From Anaeramoeba ignava BMAN (taxonomy: Eukaryota > Protista > Anaeramoebae), in NCBI GenBank assembly GCA_028826165.1, contig JAPDFW010000125.1, forward strand, positions 62,001 through 126,000: a stretch of DNA of 64,000 bases. The letters run 5' to 3'. The notes beneath the pieces were generated by a model. That model was not told the DNA's origin. It made no database searches and saw only the letters and a program-made list of their open reading frames with translations. The position numbers and the translations under genes are program-made. Position 1 is the first letter of the stretch. Each line of letters begins with the position of its first letter. Shown here one piece after another: positions 22,974 through 34,200 of the stretch.

Positions 22974-24344
22974 TTAATCTTTTAAAAGATCATTCAAAAG
23001 ATCAATTTCTCGATTCAATTTTTCATCACCAATAATTGGAATTTCAGTTTTCAAATATTCTAAAAATTTTTGACCTTTTTCTTTATCATTAACTCTATGA
23101 AACTTCTTAACTAAATCAACCAAACGAATTAATAAAATAGCTTTTCTAATACTTTTATCTTCAAAAATTTCATTTTGATTTTCATTCAATTCAGGAAAAA
23201 TAACATTATTAACTTCTTTAAAATCATTTCCATATTTATCCTTATAAGTAATAACAACATTCAAAGGAATACCATCAGCAACAGATTTATCCATTTTAAG
23301 CAATAAAACAGCACCTTGAACTTCACCATTCTCATTTACATCACTTGGCATTGCTGTTGAAATCTCAGCAACTGTTGTATCTTTCTTTTCTTCTGAATCA
23401 GGCGATCCATAAATTGATTGAATTTTTGCTCCTTCAACTTTAACTTCAATATCAAAACAAATAGGTGTCATAATATAATCGAATTCGGTATCCATTCTTC
23501 TTTTGAATTCTGAAGATGAATTAACTGAATAATAATTAGCTCCTTTTGTTTTTGTGATGACATCAATTAATTCTGTATTAAAATCAACTCCAACACCAAT
23601 AAAAGTTGTATAAATTTTTTTATCAGCTGATTTTTTAGTAAGTGAAAATAATCCATCGCTTCTTGTTTCTCCAGTTGTTGGATGAGCATCTGTCAAATAA
23701 AGGATTCTGTTTTCATATTCTTTCATTTCATCACCTTTGAATTTTTTCAAGTGATTTTCAATCATTCTTGATCCTTCAATAAATCCTTCTTCAAGATTAG
23801 TTCCTCCTCTTGTTTCTAATTCCTTCATTGTTTTTTTAAACTTTTCCATATCCATTTCTCCAAATTTTTGGAAAGGAATCAAAACTTCAGCATCATCATC
23901 AAAAATAACAACTCCCAAATAATCATCATCTTTTAAATGTTCAGTTAATCCAATTATGGTTCTTTTTGCAACTTCCAATTTACTTGAAGTGTTTTCATTT
24001 CTTTTCCATTCACCAGTAAAAGAACTACTCATTGAACCTGAAATATCCAAAACAATTACACAATTGATTAAAGGTCTTCCAAATTTCTTTATTCCTTCTC
24101 CATCATATTTGGATTTCATCATAAGTGATAAATAATATTCTTTTTCTTTTGTTTCTAAATTTTCTGTTATTGCACAAAAAGGTTGGATTGCCATTAATTT
24201 CTCTTCTTCTAGTTTTCCTACATTGAAATAATATTCTGCAAATAATCCATGATAAGTAATTGAACTTTCAACTACTGTTTGTTTTTTTTGCACGTTAACT
24301 CGAAAGTTAACTGTGTCTTTTGCTCCTCCAAAAAGCATATTCAT
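22974..24344 (-). CDS. von Willebrand factor A domain protein, intronless
   Basis: MIDAS motif VIVLDISGSMS, then GGTNLEEG, ILYLTDAHP and FIGVGVDFN; N-terminal GGAKD..NFR..SITYHGLFAEYYF. Confidence 0.9.
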   Translation of the reverse strand: MNMLFGGAKDTVNFRVNVQKKQTVVESSITYHGLFAEYYFNVGKLEEEKLMAIQPFCAITENLETKEKEYYLSLMMKSKYDGEGIKKFGRPLINCVIVLDISGSMSSSFTGEWKRNENTSSKLEVAKRTIIGLTEHLKDDDYLGVVIFDDDAEVLIPFQKFGEMDMEKFKKTMKELETRGGTNLEEGFIEGSRMIENHLKKFKGDEMKEYENRILYLTDAHPTTGETRSDGLFSLTKKSADKKIYTTFIGVGVDFNTELIDVITKTKGANYYSVNSSSEFKRRMDTEFDYIMTPICFDIEVKVEGAKIQSIYGSPDSEEKKDTTVAEISTAMPSDVNENGEVQGAVLLLKMDKSVADGIPLNVVITYKDKYGNDFKEVNNVIFPELNENQNEIFEDKSIRKAILLIRLVDLVKKFHRVNDKEKGQKFLEYLKTEIPIIGDEKLNREIDLLNDLLKD

Positions 24345-24504
24345 TTTTTTTTACTTCAAACAAAAAAAATAATAAAATGGAAAATGAAAAAATGAAAAAA
24401 AAAATGAAAGAAAAAATTTGCTTTTTTATTTTCTTAAAGTGAGAACTAACACGAATTTTGGCTTTTCCACTTTTCACTTTTTAATTTTAATTTTAATTTT
24501 AATT

Positions 24505-26268
24505 TTAATTTTGATTATTAAATTTGTTAATTAATAAATCAAATAAATTTGGATTTGTTTGATTTAATTGAAAATAATCAATTCCAATTTGAATTTCATT
24601 AATTATTTCTTGTGTAATTTGAATTTCATCTTTAATTTGATTTGAATAAATCCAATATTCAAATATTTGAAATGATTTATTACTTAATTCACTATAATCT
24701 GTAACTTTATTAGATTTATCTTTGTTACAGATAAAAACATTCCTCGATATAATTCACTTCTCATTATTAATATTAATTTAGGAAATTTATATTGTTTTTC
24801 TTTTCTTTCAATTATAAAATCATTTTCCATTTTCATTTAAATAAATTCTTTTAATTGTTTCTTCAATTTTTTCATTTGAATTTATAATTTCTTTAATTTC
24901 AGAATATAATTTTGGATTTATTATTCTGTTTGAATAAATCATTTCAAATATTTGATTTGATTCTTTAATTGATTTTTTTGAAATAATTTCTTGAAGTTTT
25001 TCAATTTGATTTTCATTTTCATTTTGATTTAATCTATATTTCAATATTAATTTATGAGCTTTGATTATTTCTCCATTTTTGGTTTTAAATGAAATATCAC
25101 AAAATTCTTTTCTTCTAAATAATTTTATCAAATCTTCTTCAAGATTGGAAAAAGAAGGAGAATAATAAATAAATGATTTTGAATATCCACAAGAAATATG
25201 ATAATTAGAAATATCTTCATTAAATCTTAATTTAGGAAGTTCAATTTGGATTGGAATTCTTTGAAATTTTGTATCTCCAGTTCCTAATTGACCAAAATCA
25301 TTAATTCCAAATCCTATTAATTTCCCCTTTTCTGTTAAAATCAAAGTATTATAGTATCCACAAGAAATTTCAAGAATATTATCATCATTTTCAAATAAAG
25401 ATGATTTAATTTCAGTAAATTCATAAATATCTTCATATATTTTGCCAAGTCCATTAGATCGATAATTTCCACATGAATAAAGTTTTCTTTTTGGATTTTC
25501 ATTTTCATTTTCAATCAACATTATTGAATGAGAAACTCCAGATTGAATATCAATTATTTTACCTTTTGGAATATTTTGGATTTTGGTTGGTTTTTGGATT
25601 TTTATTTCTTCTTTTCTTAATTCTCCTAATCCAAGTTGAGCAAATTGATTATTTCCGCATCCAAATAATTCTTGATTTGAATCTAAAAGAAAAACATGTT
25701 TTGAAGAAATTCCTGAAAATATTTTAGAAACATTTTTCATCATTAAAATTGGTTTTTCTGTTTTTTCAAGTGTTTTAGAATTAAAACCAAGTTGACCTTT
25801 TTCATTTGAACCAATTCCATAAACATTTTGATTTGAAGTTAATAAGTAAATTGAACTATCTCCAGAAACAATATCTTCAATTATTCTATCATTTTTATCT
25901 TCAATTAATGATGAAATATTGATAAATTCATCTGGATTATTTGGATTTATATCTTTTCCTTTGGCAAATACATTTCCTTCTTTTGTTAAAATAGCTTTAT
26001 TGTGTTCACCAACAGTTACTTTTTGAATATTTTCAATTTGGATTTTTTCAGGATTTTGTTTTGAATATTTTAAATATTCTATTGCTTTTCCATTTTCAAA
26101 AAGGAAAATTATTGAAAATAAAGCTGTTGAAATTTGTTTAATTTGATTTTCATTTTCATTTTCATTTTCATTTTCAAATTTAAATTGAATTGGTTTTGTT
26201 ATTTCTTTTGGTTTATTTTTAATAAGTCTTGGATATTTATTATAACCAAAAAATAAACAATCATTCAT
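24505..26268 (-). CDS. RCC1-repeat + BTB protein, copy A; frameshift near 24825 splits off the second BTB-like region
   Basis: RCC1 blades (GSNEKGQLG, GINDFGQLG) and BTB FCDISF..IKAHKLIL. Past the frameshift the sequence matches the copy B C-terminus to TAA at 24505-24507. Confidence 0.85.
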
Positions 26269-26512
26269 TTTTGAAAAGAAAAAAATGAAAAAAATAATTT
26301 TTGATTTTAATTTTGATTTTAATTTTAATTTTAATTTTAATTTTAATTTTAATTTTAATTTTAATTTTAATTTTTTTAATTTTAATTTTAATTTTAATTT
26401 TAATTTTAATTTTAATTTTAATTTTAATTTTAATTTTAATTTTAATTTTAATTTTGATTATAAATTTTAATTTTAATTTTAATTTTAATTTTAATTTTAA
26501 TTTCATTTTGAT

Positions 26513-28288
26513 TTAATTTTGATTTTGATTTTTAAATTTGTTAATTAATAAATCAATTAAATTTGGTTTTGTTTGATTTAATTGGAAATAGCCTGTTATA
26601 CTCTTAATTTCATCAATTATTTCTTGTGTAATTTGAATTTCTTCTTTAATTTGATTTGAATAAATCCAATATTCTAATATTTGAAATGCTTCATTACTTA
26701 ATTCACTATAATCTGTAACTTTATTAGATTTATCTTCTGTTACAGATAAAAACATTCCTCGATATAATTCACTTCTCATTATTAATATTAATTTAGGGAA
26801 TTTATATTGTTTTTCTTTTCTTTCAATTATAAAATCATTTTCATTTTCATTTTCATTTAAATAAATTCTTTTCATTGTTTCTTCAATTTTTTCATTTGAA
26901 TTTATAATTTCTTTAATTTCTAAATATAATTCTGGATTTATTATTCTGTTTGAATAAATCATTTCAAATATTTGATTTGATTCTTGAATTGATTTTTTTG
27001 AAATAATTTCTTGAAGTTTTTCAATTTCAATTTCATAATCTTTTAATCTATATTTCAATATTAATTTATGAGCTTCAATTATTTCTCCATTTTCGGTTTT
27101 AAATGAAATATTACAAAATTCTTTTCTTCTAAATAATTTTATCAAATCTTCTTCAAGATTGGAAAAAGAAGGAGGAGAATAATAAAGAAATGATTTACGA
27201 AATCCACAAGAAAGATGATAATTAGAAATATCTTCATTAAATCTTAATTTAGGAAGTTCAATTTGAATTGGAATTCTTTGAAATTTTGTATCTCCAGTTC
27301 CTAATTGACCAATTTCATTGTATCCAAATACTATTAATTTCCCTTTTTCTGTTAAAATCAAATTATGGTAATCTCCAACAGAAATTTCAAGAATATTATC
27401 ATCATTTTCAAATAAAGATGATTTGATTTCAGTAAATTTATAAATATCTCGCCTTTTACCAAATCCATTATATTTAAAATCTCCACATGAATAAAGTTTT
27501 CTTTTTGGATTTTGATTTTGATTTTCATCTTCAATCAACATTATTGAATGATTATATCCACATTGAATATCAATTATTTTGCCTTTTGGAATATTTTGGA
27601 TTTTGGTTAATTTTTGGATTTTAGTTCCTCTTGGTTTTCTTGATCTTCCTAATCCAAGTTTGCCAAATGAATTAAATCCACATCCAAATAATTCTTGATT
27701 TGAATTTAAAAGAAAAACATGATCTGAAGCAATTCCTGAAAATATTTTAGAAACATTTTTCATCATTAAAATTGGTTTTTCTGTTTTTTGAAGTGTGTTA
27801 GAATCAAAACCAAGTTGACCTTTTTCATTTGAACCAATTCCATAAGCATTTTGATTTGAAGTTAATAAGTAAATTGAACGAGATCCAGAAACAATATCTT
27901 GAATTATTCTATCATTTGTATCTTCAATTAATGATGAAATATTGATAAATTCTTTTGGATTATTTGGATTAATATGATATCCTTTGGCAAATACATTTCC
28001 TTCAGTTGTTAAAATAGCTTCATTTTCACCAGTTACTTTTTGAATATTTTCTTCAATTTGGATTTTTGAAGGATTTTGTTTTGAATATTTTAAGTATTCT
28101 ATTGCTTTTCCATTTTTAAAAAGGAAAATTATTGAAAGTATTCCTAATGAAATTTGTTTAATTTGTTTTTCATTTTCATTTTCATTTTCATTTTCAAATT
28201 TAAATTGAATTGGTTTTATTATTTGAAATGATTCATTTTCGAAAAGAGTTGGAAATTGATTCCAACCAAAAAATAAACAATCATTCAT
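26513..28288 (-). CDS. RCC1-repeat + BTB protein, copy B (intact, 591 aa)
   Basis: Complete ORF: RCC1 repeats, then BTB (IEAHKLIL), then a second BTB-like region (DFIIER..YKFPKLILIMRSELYRGMF). Confidence 0.9.
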   Translation of the reverse strand: MNDCLFFGWNQFPTLFENESFQIIKPIQFKFENENENENEKQIKQISLGILSIIFLFKNGKAIEYLKYSKQNPSKIQIEENIQKVTGENEAILTTEGNVFAKGYHINPNNPKEFINISSLIEDTNDRIIQDIVSGSRSIYLLTSNQNAYGIGSNEKGQLGFDSNTLQKTEKPILMMKNVSKIFSGIASDHVFLLNSNQELFGCGFNSFGKLGLGRSRKPRGTKIQKLTKIQNIPKGKIIDIQCGYNHSIMLIEDENQNQNPKRKLYSCGDFKYNGFGKRRDIYKFTEIKSSLFENDDNILEISVGDYHNLILTEKGKLIVFGYNEIGQLGTGDTKFQRIPIQIELPKLRFNEDISNYHLSCGFRKSFLYYSPPSFSNLEEDLIKLFRRKEFCNISFKTENGEIIEAHKLILKYRLKDYEIEIEKLQEIISKKSIQESNQIFEMIYSNRIINPELYLEIKEIINSNEKIEETMKRIYLNENENENDFIIERKEKQYKFPKLILIMRSELYRGMFLSVTEDKSNKVTDYSELSNEAFQILEYWIYSNQIKEEIQITQEIIDEIKSITGYFQLNQTKPNLIDLLINKFKNQNQN

Positions 28289-28324
28289 TTTTGAAAAGAA
28301 AAAAATGAAAAATAATGAATTTGG

Positions 28325-28815
28325 AATTTTAATTTTAATTTTAATTTTAATTTTAATTTTAATTTTTGAATTTTAATTTTGATTTTAATTTTAATTTTAA
28401 TTTTAATTTTGATTTTGATTTTAATTTTAATTTTAATTTTAATTTTAATTTTAATTTTGATTTTAATTTTAATTTTAATTTTGATTTTAATTTTAATTTT
28501 AAATTTTAATTTTAATTTTTAATTTTATTTTAATTTTAATTTTAATTTTAATTTTAATTTTTTTTAATTTTAATTTTAATTTTAATTTTAATTTTAAATT
28601 TTAATTTTAATTTTAATTTTAATTTTAATTTTAATTTAAATTTTTAATTTTAATTTTAATTTTAAATTTTGATTTTAATTTTAATTTAAATTTTGATTTT
28701 GATTTTAATTTTTTTTAAATTTTGATTTTAATTTTAATTTTTTAATTTTAATTTTAATTTTTAATTTTAATTTTAATTTTGATTTTTTTTAATTTTAATT
28801 TTGATTTTTTTTAAT
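28325..28815. repeat. (TTTTAA)n spacer between RCC1-BTB copies; similar tracts at 26300-26510 and 30650-31255
   Basis: Read directly. Confidence 0.9.
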
Positions 28816-28816
28816 T

Positions 28817-30622
28817 TTAATTTTGATTATTAAACTTGTTAATTTTAATAAATCAAATAAATTTAATTTTGTTTGATTTTAATTGAAAATCAATTAAAAT
28901 CAATTCCAGTTTCAATTTCATTAATGATTTCTTGTGTAATTTGAATTTCATCTTTAATTTGATTTGAATAAATCCAATATTCAAATATTTGAAATGATTT
29001 ATTACTTAATTCACTATAATCAGTAACTTTATTAGATTTATCATTTGTTACAGATAAAAACATTCCTCGATATAATTCACTTCTCATTATTAATATTAAT
29101 TTTGGAAATTTATATTGTTTTTCTTTTCTTTCAATAATAAAATCTTTTTCATTTTCATTTTCATTTTCATTTAAATAAATTCTTTTCATTGTTTCTTCAA
29201 TTTTTTCATTTGAATTTATAATTTCTTTAATTTCAAAATATAATATTGGATTTATTATTCTGTTTGAATAAATCATTTCAAATATTTGATTTGATTCTTT
29301 AATTGATTTTTTTGAAATAATTTCTTTAAGTTTTTCAATTTGATTTTGATTTTGATTTAATCTATATTTCAATATTAATTTATGAGCTTCAATTATTTCT
29401 CCATTTTTGGTTTTAAATGAAATATCACAAAATTCTTTTCTTCTAAATAGATTTTATCAAATCTTCTTCAAGATTGGAAAAAGAAGGAGAATAATAAAGA
29501 AATGATTTTTGAAATCCACAAGAAATATGATAATTGGAAATATCTTCATTAAATCTTAATTTAGGAAGATTGACTTGAAAATGGTTTTTGACATCTTCTC
29601 CCATAATTCCCATATTTTCATTTCCTAATTGACCAAAAAAATTATTCCCAAATCCAATTAATTTCCCTTTTGAAGTTAAAATCAAAGTATGCATATATCC
29701 AACAGAAAAATCAAGAATATTATCATCATTTTCAAATAAAGGAGATTCTATTTCAGTAAATTCTTGTATATTATAATATTTTCTAAGGCCATTGTATCTA
29801 TGATATCCACATGAATAAAGTTTTCTTTTTGGATTTTCATTTTCATTTTCATTTTCATTTTCAATCAACATTATTGAATACCAATTCCCACATTGAATAT
29901 CAATTATTTTGCCTTTTGGAATATTTTGGATTTTGGTTAATTTTTGGATTTCTTCTTCTTTTCTTGATTCTCCTAATCCAAGTTGACCTGAAACATTTCT
30001 TCCGCATCCAAATAATTCTTGATTTGAATTTAAAAGAAAAACATGATCTGAAGAAATTCCTGAAAATATTTTAGAAACATTTTTCATCATTAAAATTGGT
30101 TTTTCTGTTTTTTCAAGTGTTTCAGAATCAAAACCAAGTTGACCAAATTGATTTGAACCAATTCCATAAACATTTTGATTTAAAGTTAATAAATAAATTG
30201 AACTTCTTGAACAAATAATATCTTCAATTATTCTATCATTTGTATCTTCAATTAATGATGAAATATTCATAAATTCATTTGGATTATTTGGATTAATATC
30301 TTTTCCTTTTGCAAATACATTTCTTTCTTTTGTTAAAATAGCTACATTTCCAGAACCAACAGATACTTTTTGAATATTTTCAATTTGGATTTTTGAAGGA
30401 TTTTGTTTTGAATCATTTTCATTTAAATATTCTATTGCTTTTCCATTTTTAAAAAGGAAAATTGTTGAAAAATAACCTGATGAAATTTGTTTAATTTGTT
30501 TTTCATTTTCATTTTCATTTTCAATTTTCAAATTTAAATTGAATTGGTTTTATTATTTTTTCTGATTCATTTTTGATAAGTTTTTTTTCTTTATTTAAAC
30601 CAAAAAATAAACAATCATTCAT
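28817..30622 (-). CDS. RCC1-repeat + BTB protein, copy C; several frameshifts (possible pseudogene)
   Basis: MNDCLFFG start at 30622. ORFs 29443..30531 and 28890..29372 align to copy B, with breaks near 30540, 29445 and 28890. Confidence 0.8.
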
Positions 30623-31258
30623 TTTCGAAAAGAAAAAAATGAAAAATGAATTTTTAATTTCAATTTTAATTTTAATTTTAATTTTAATTTTAATTTTAAT
30701 TTTGATTTAATTTCAATTTCAATTTTAATTTTAATTTTAATTTTAATTTTAATTTTAATTTTAATTTTAATTTTAATTTTAATTTTAATTTTAATTTTAA
30801 TTTTAATTTTAATTTTAATTTTAATTTTAATTTTAATTTTAATTTAATTTTAATTTTAATTTTAATTTTAATTTTAATTTTAATTTTAATTTTAATTTTA
30901 ATTTTAATTTTAATTTTAATTTTAATTTTAATTTTAATTTTAATTTTGATTTTGATTTTGATTCTAATTTTAATTTTGATTTTAATTTTAATTTTTAATT
31001 TTAATTTTAATTTTAATTTTGATTTTAATTTTAATTTTAATTTTAATTTCAATTTTAATTTTGATTTTGATTTTGATTTTGATTTTGATTTTAATTTTAA
31101 TTTTAATTTTAATTTTAATTTTAATTTTAATTTTAATTTTGATTTTAATTTTAATTTTAATTTTAATTTTAATTTTAATTTTATTTTGATTTTGATTTTG
31201 ATTTTGATTTTGATTTTGATTTTAATTTTTGATTTTTATTTTGATTTTTATTTTAATT

Positions 31259-34200
31259 TTAATTTTTTTCTTCTTCTTTCTTCTCAATAAAATTTCCAAT
31301 AATTAATTTTCCAGTTCCAGATCCAATAACAATAAATCCTTTTTCAATAATTGAAATTGAATGAATTGCTTCTTTTAAATCAAAATTTTGAAAAGGTTTT
31401 AAATCAGTTATTTTCCTAATTTCAAGAATTCCTTTTTCTCCTCCTGTGAAAAAAAATTGATCACAAGGTGAAAAAGTAATTGAATAAATATTTTGTAAAG
31501 ATTCAACTTTTTGTTGAAAATATCCATTAATTGTAAATAATCTTAAACTATTGGAATTTTCTGAAAATGTAATAATATTTCCTTCTTTACTTATTTTAAT
31601 AATTGAAATTGGTTGTTTATCTGAGAAATTTACTGTTTGAATATGTTTTCCTTTGTTTAAAGAATGAAATATTAATTTTCCATCAATTGATCCACTTAAT
31701 ACAATATCATATTCAACTGAAATTGCAACATTTTTCACTTCTTTTTCATGTTCAAAAAAAATATGTTTTGGTTTTTCTTTAACTTTTCCTTCTGTTTCTT
31801 CAAATTCCCAAACAATTACTGTTGTATCTTTTGATCCTGTAACAAAATATTGCCAATCAGTTGCTAAACAATTTACAATATCTTTATGTTTGGAAATACT
31901 TTGAATTATTTTGTAAGTTCCCATTTTGTATGTTTTGAAAGTATTATCACAAAAGCCACAACAAAATAAATGTCTAAAAATGTAATCAATTACTAAGCAT
32001 TGTTGAAAATTATTGAAATCTTGTGAAAAAGGTATTCCAATTTTTTGGTGTTGTTGATTTTTATCTATATCAACTCCAAAATGTAAATCATGAATTTTTC
32101 TATCAAAAAAAGTCCATTTATGATTTCCCAAAAATCTTTCTTTATTTAATGTAATAATTTGTTCAGGATCTTGTGCTAAATATATTCCTTTTGTTGCCAT
32201 ATCTGAAAAATGAGTAAATATTATTGGATTTTTACTTATTTCGAATTTTTTGTTTATGAAATTTATATCTTCAAATTTTAAAATATCTTTCCAATAAAAG
32301 AAATTTTTTTTTCTGTATTTTTTTTCTGTTGTTCTTTTTGGATGTTTTTTTGTGAATAATTGAACTGGAATTTGTCCATTTGCTTGGATGTCTTGTTTTA
32401 TTTTTTCTAATCTTTTTCCATCAAAATTTGGAAAGTCAACATTTTCTTCATATGAAATTGGATGAAATAAATTGTTTGATTTTTTAGCTTGTTTTCCTTT
32501 TTGTTTATATCCAAATATTAAATCAATCCATTCATTAAGATGTTCTGAAACATATTCTGATTCAAGTGCTTCTTTATTTATTTGAATAAATTCTTCTGGA
32601 GTTTTAGCCCATTTTGGAAGTTCAACATTTGGAATTTCATTTTCATTTTTATTTTTATTTTTATTTTTATTTTCAATTATTTTTGATCCTTTTAAGAAAT
32701 CTGGTAAATGGAAAAATTCTGGAATAAGTTCTCCAATAAATTGATTCTTAGTTTTTTCTTGAATAATTTTGCATGTTTCTGGGATTGATTTGAAAATTGG
32801 ATATTTTTTTTCTAAACAAATTGAAGTAAATGGTTCTAGTCTAACCAAATAAGATGATACAATTTCTGGATTTGAATAAAATGTTTTATAATTGTATTGG
32901 AATTCTTTCTCTTTTCCGTTTAATTGGTTTGTTTCAATATAATTATTTATTTGATTTTTTAATGTTCCAATAGGTTTTGATAAATCTCTAAATATTTTGG
33001 GATTATTCAAATCTAATTTTTCAGATTCATAATCAGAAATAATCCATGGAAAAATTGGATATTGTGAAAGATCTTGATATGTTCTTCCTGATATTATGTT
33101 TAAATACATAAGATAATCAAAATTTGATATTTCTCTTTCTTGCCATTCGTCTGTTGTTTTTGTGTTAAACCATTTTTTTGCATAATTTCCTGAATAATTA
33201 TATTTTGATTGATTAATATTTGTTAATTTATGATTTTGAATTTTTTCATAAATTCGATTTCTTTTTTCTATTGTTTCAAAATTGAAAAATATACATTTTC
33301 GATTATTTGCAAAAAATATTTCTATTGCTGAATTTTTGAAAATATATCTCCTTTTATTAATTCCTTTAATATTTTCAATTTCCCATAAATAATATTTTCC
33401 TTTTTCTTTTTTTTCCAAATTAGAAAAAAAATTAATTGAATTCTTTGTAATTTGGAATATTCCTTTTGTTATTTTTGTTTTTGAAATGAGTTCACATTCT
33501 ATTGGAAAGGAATAATTATTTTCGTTTTTCAAATTTTCATTTTCATTTTCATTTTGGATTTTTGATAATTTTTTTTTAATTTTTTGATTTAATTTTATTA
33601 AATTCTTTCTTTCTTTTTCATTTTCATTTTGATTTTGATTTTGATTTTGATTTTGATTTTGATTTTCTTTTTTGGAATAAAATTTTATTTTCTTTTGTCT
33701 TCTCATTTCATCTTCAACTTCTGAAAGTTTAAAATAATAATTTCGTTTTTCAAATTTATTATCTGAAATATTTATTGAATTTGAACTCCATGGATATTTT
33801 TCTAAAATTGAATTTTCAATCATTTTTCTAAATTTTGTTAAACTTTGATTAATTTCTGTTTCTTCTTTTCCTTCATTTTCTTTTAAAATTAAATTTTGTT
33901 TTTCTTCTTCAATTTTTTTGGAAATTATTTTAATTTCTTTTTGTTTTGTATAAAATTGATTTTCCAAATAAGAGAAATTATTTGATTGAATTTTAATAAA
34001 CTCTTTTTCATTTTCTTCAATATCTTTTAAAATTTTTTGATTTATTGGAAAGAAAATATTCTTTGTTACTTTTTTCCATTTTTTTCTCATCATTTCTTTT
34101 TCAAATTCTTTGAAATCTTGACAATTTGAAAACAAATGAATTTTTTGTATCTTGGGAAAGTACATTATATTTTTTGTTTTGATTTGAAAATAATCCAAAT

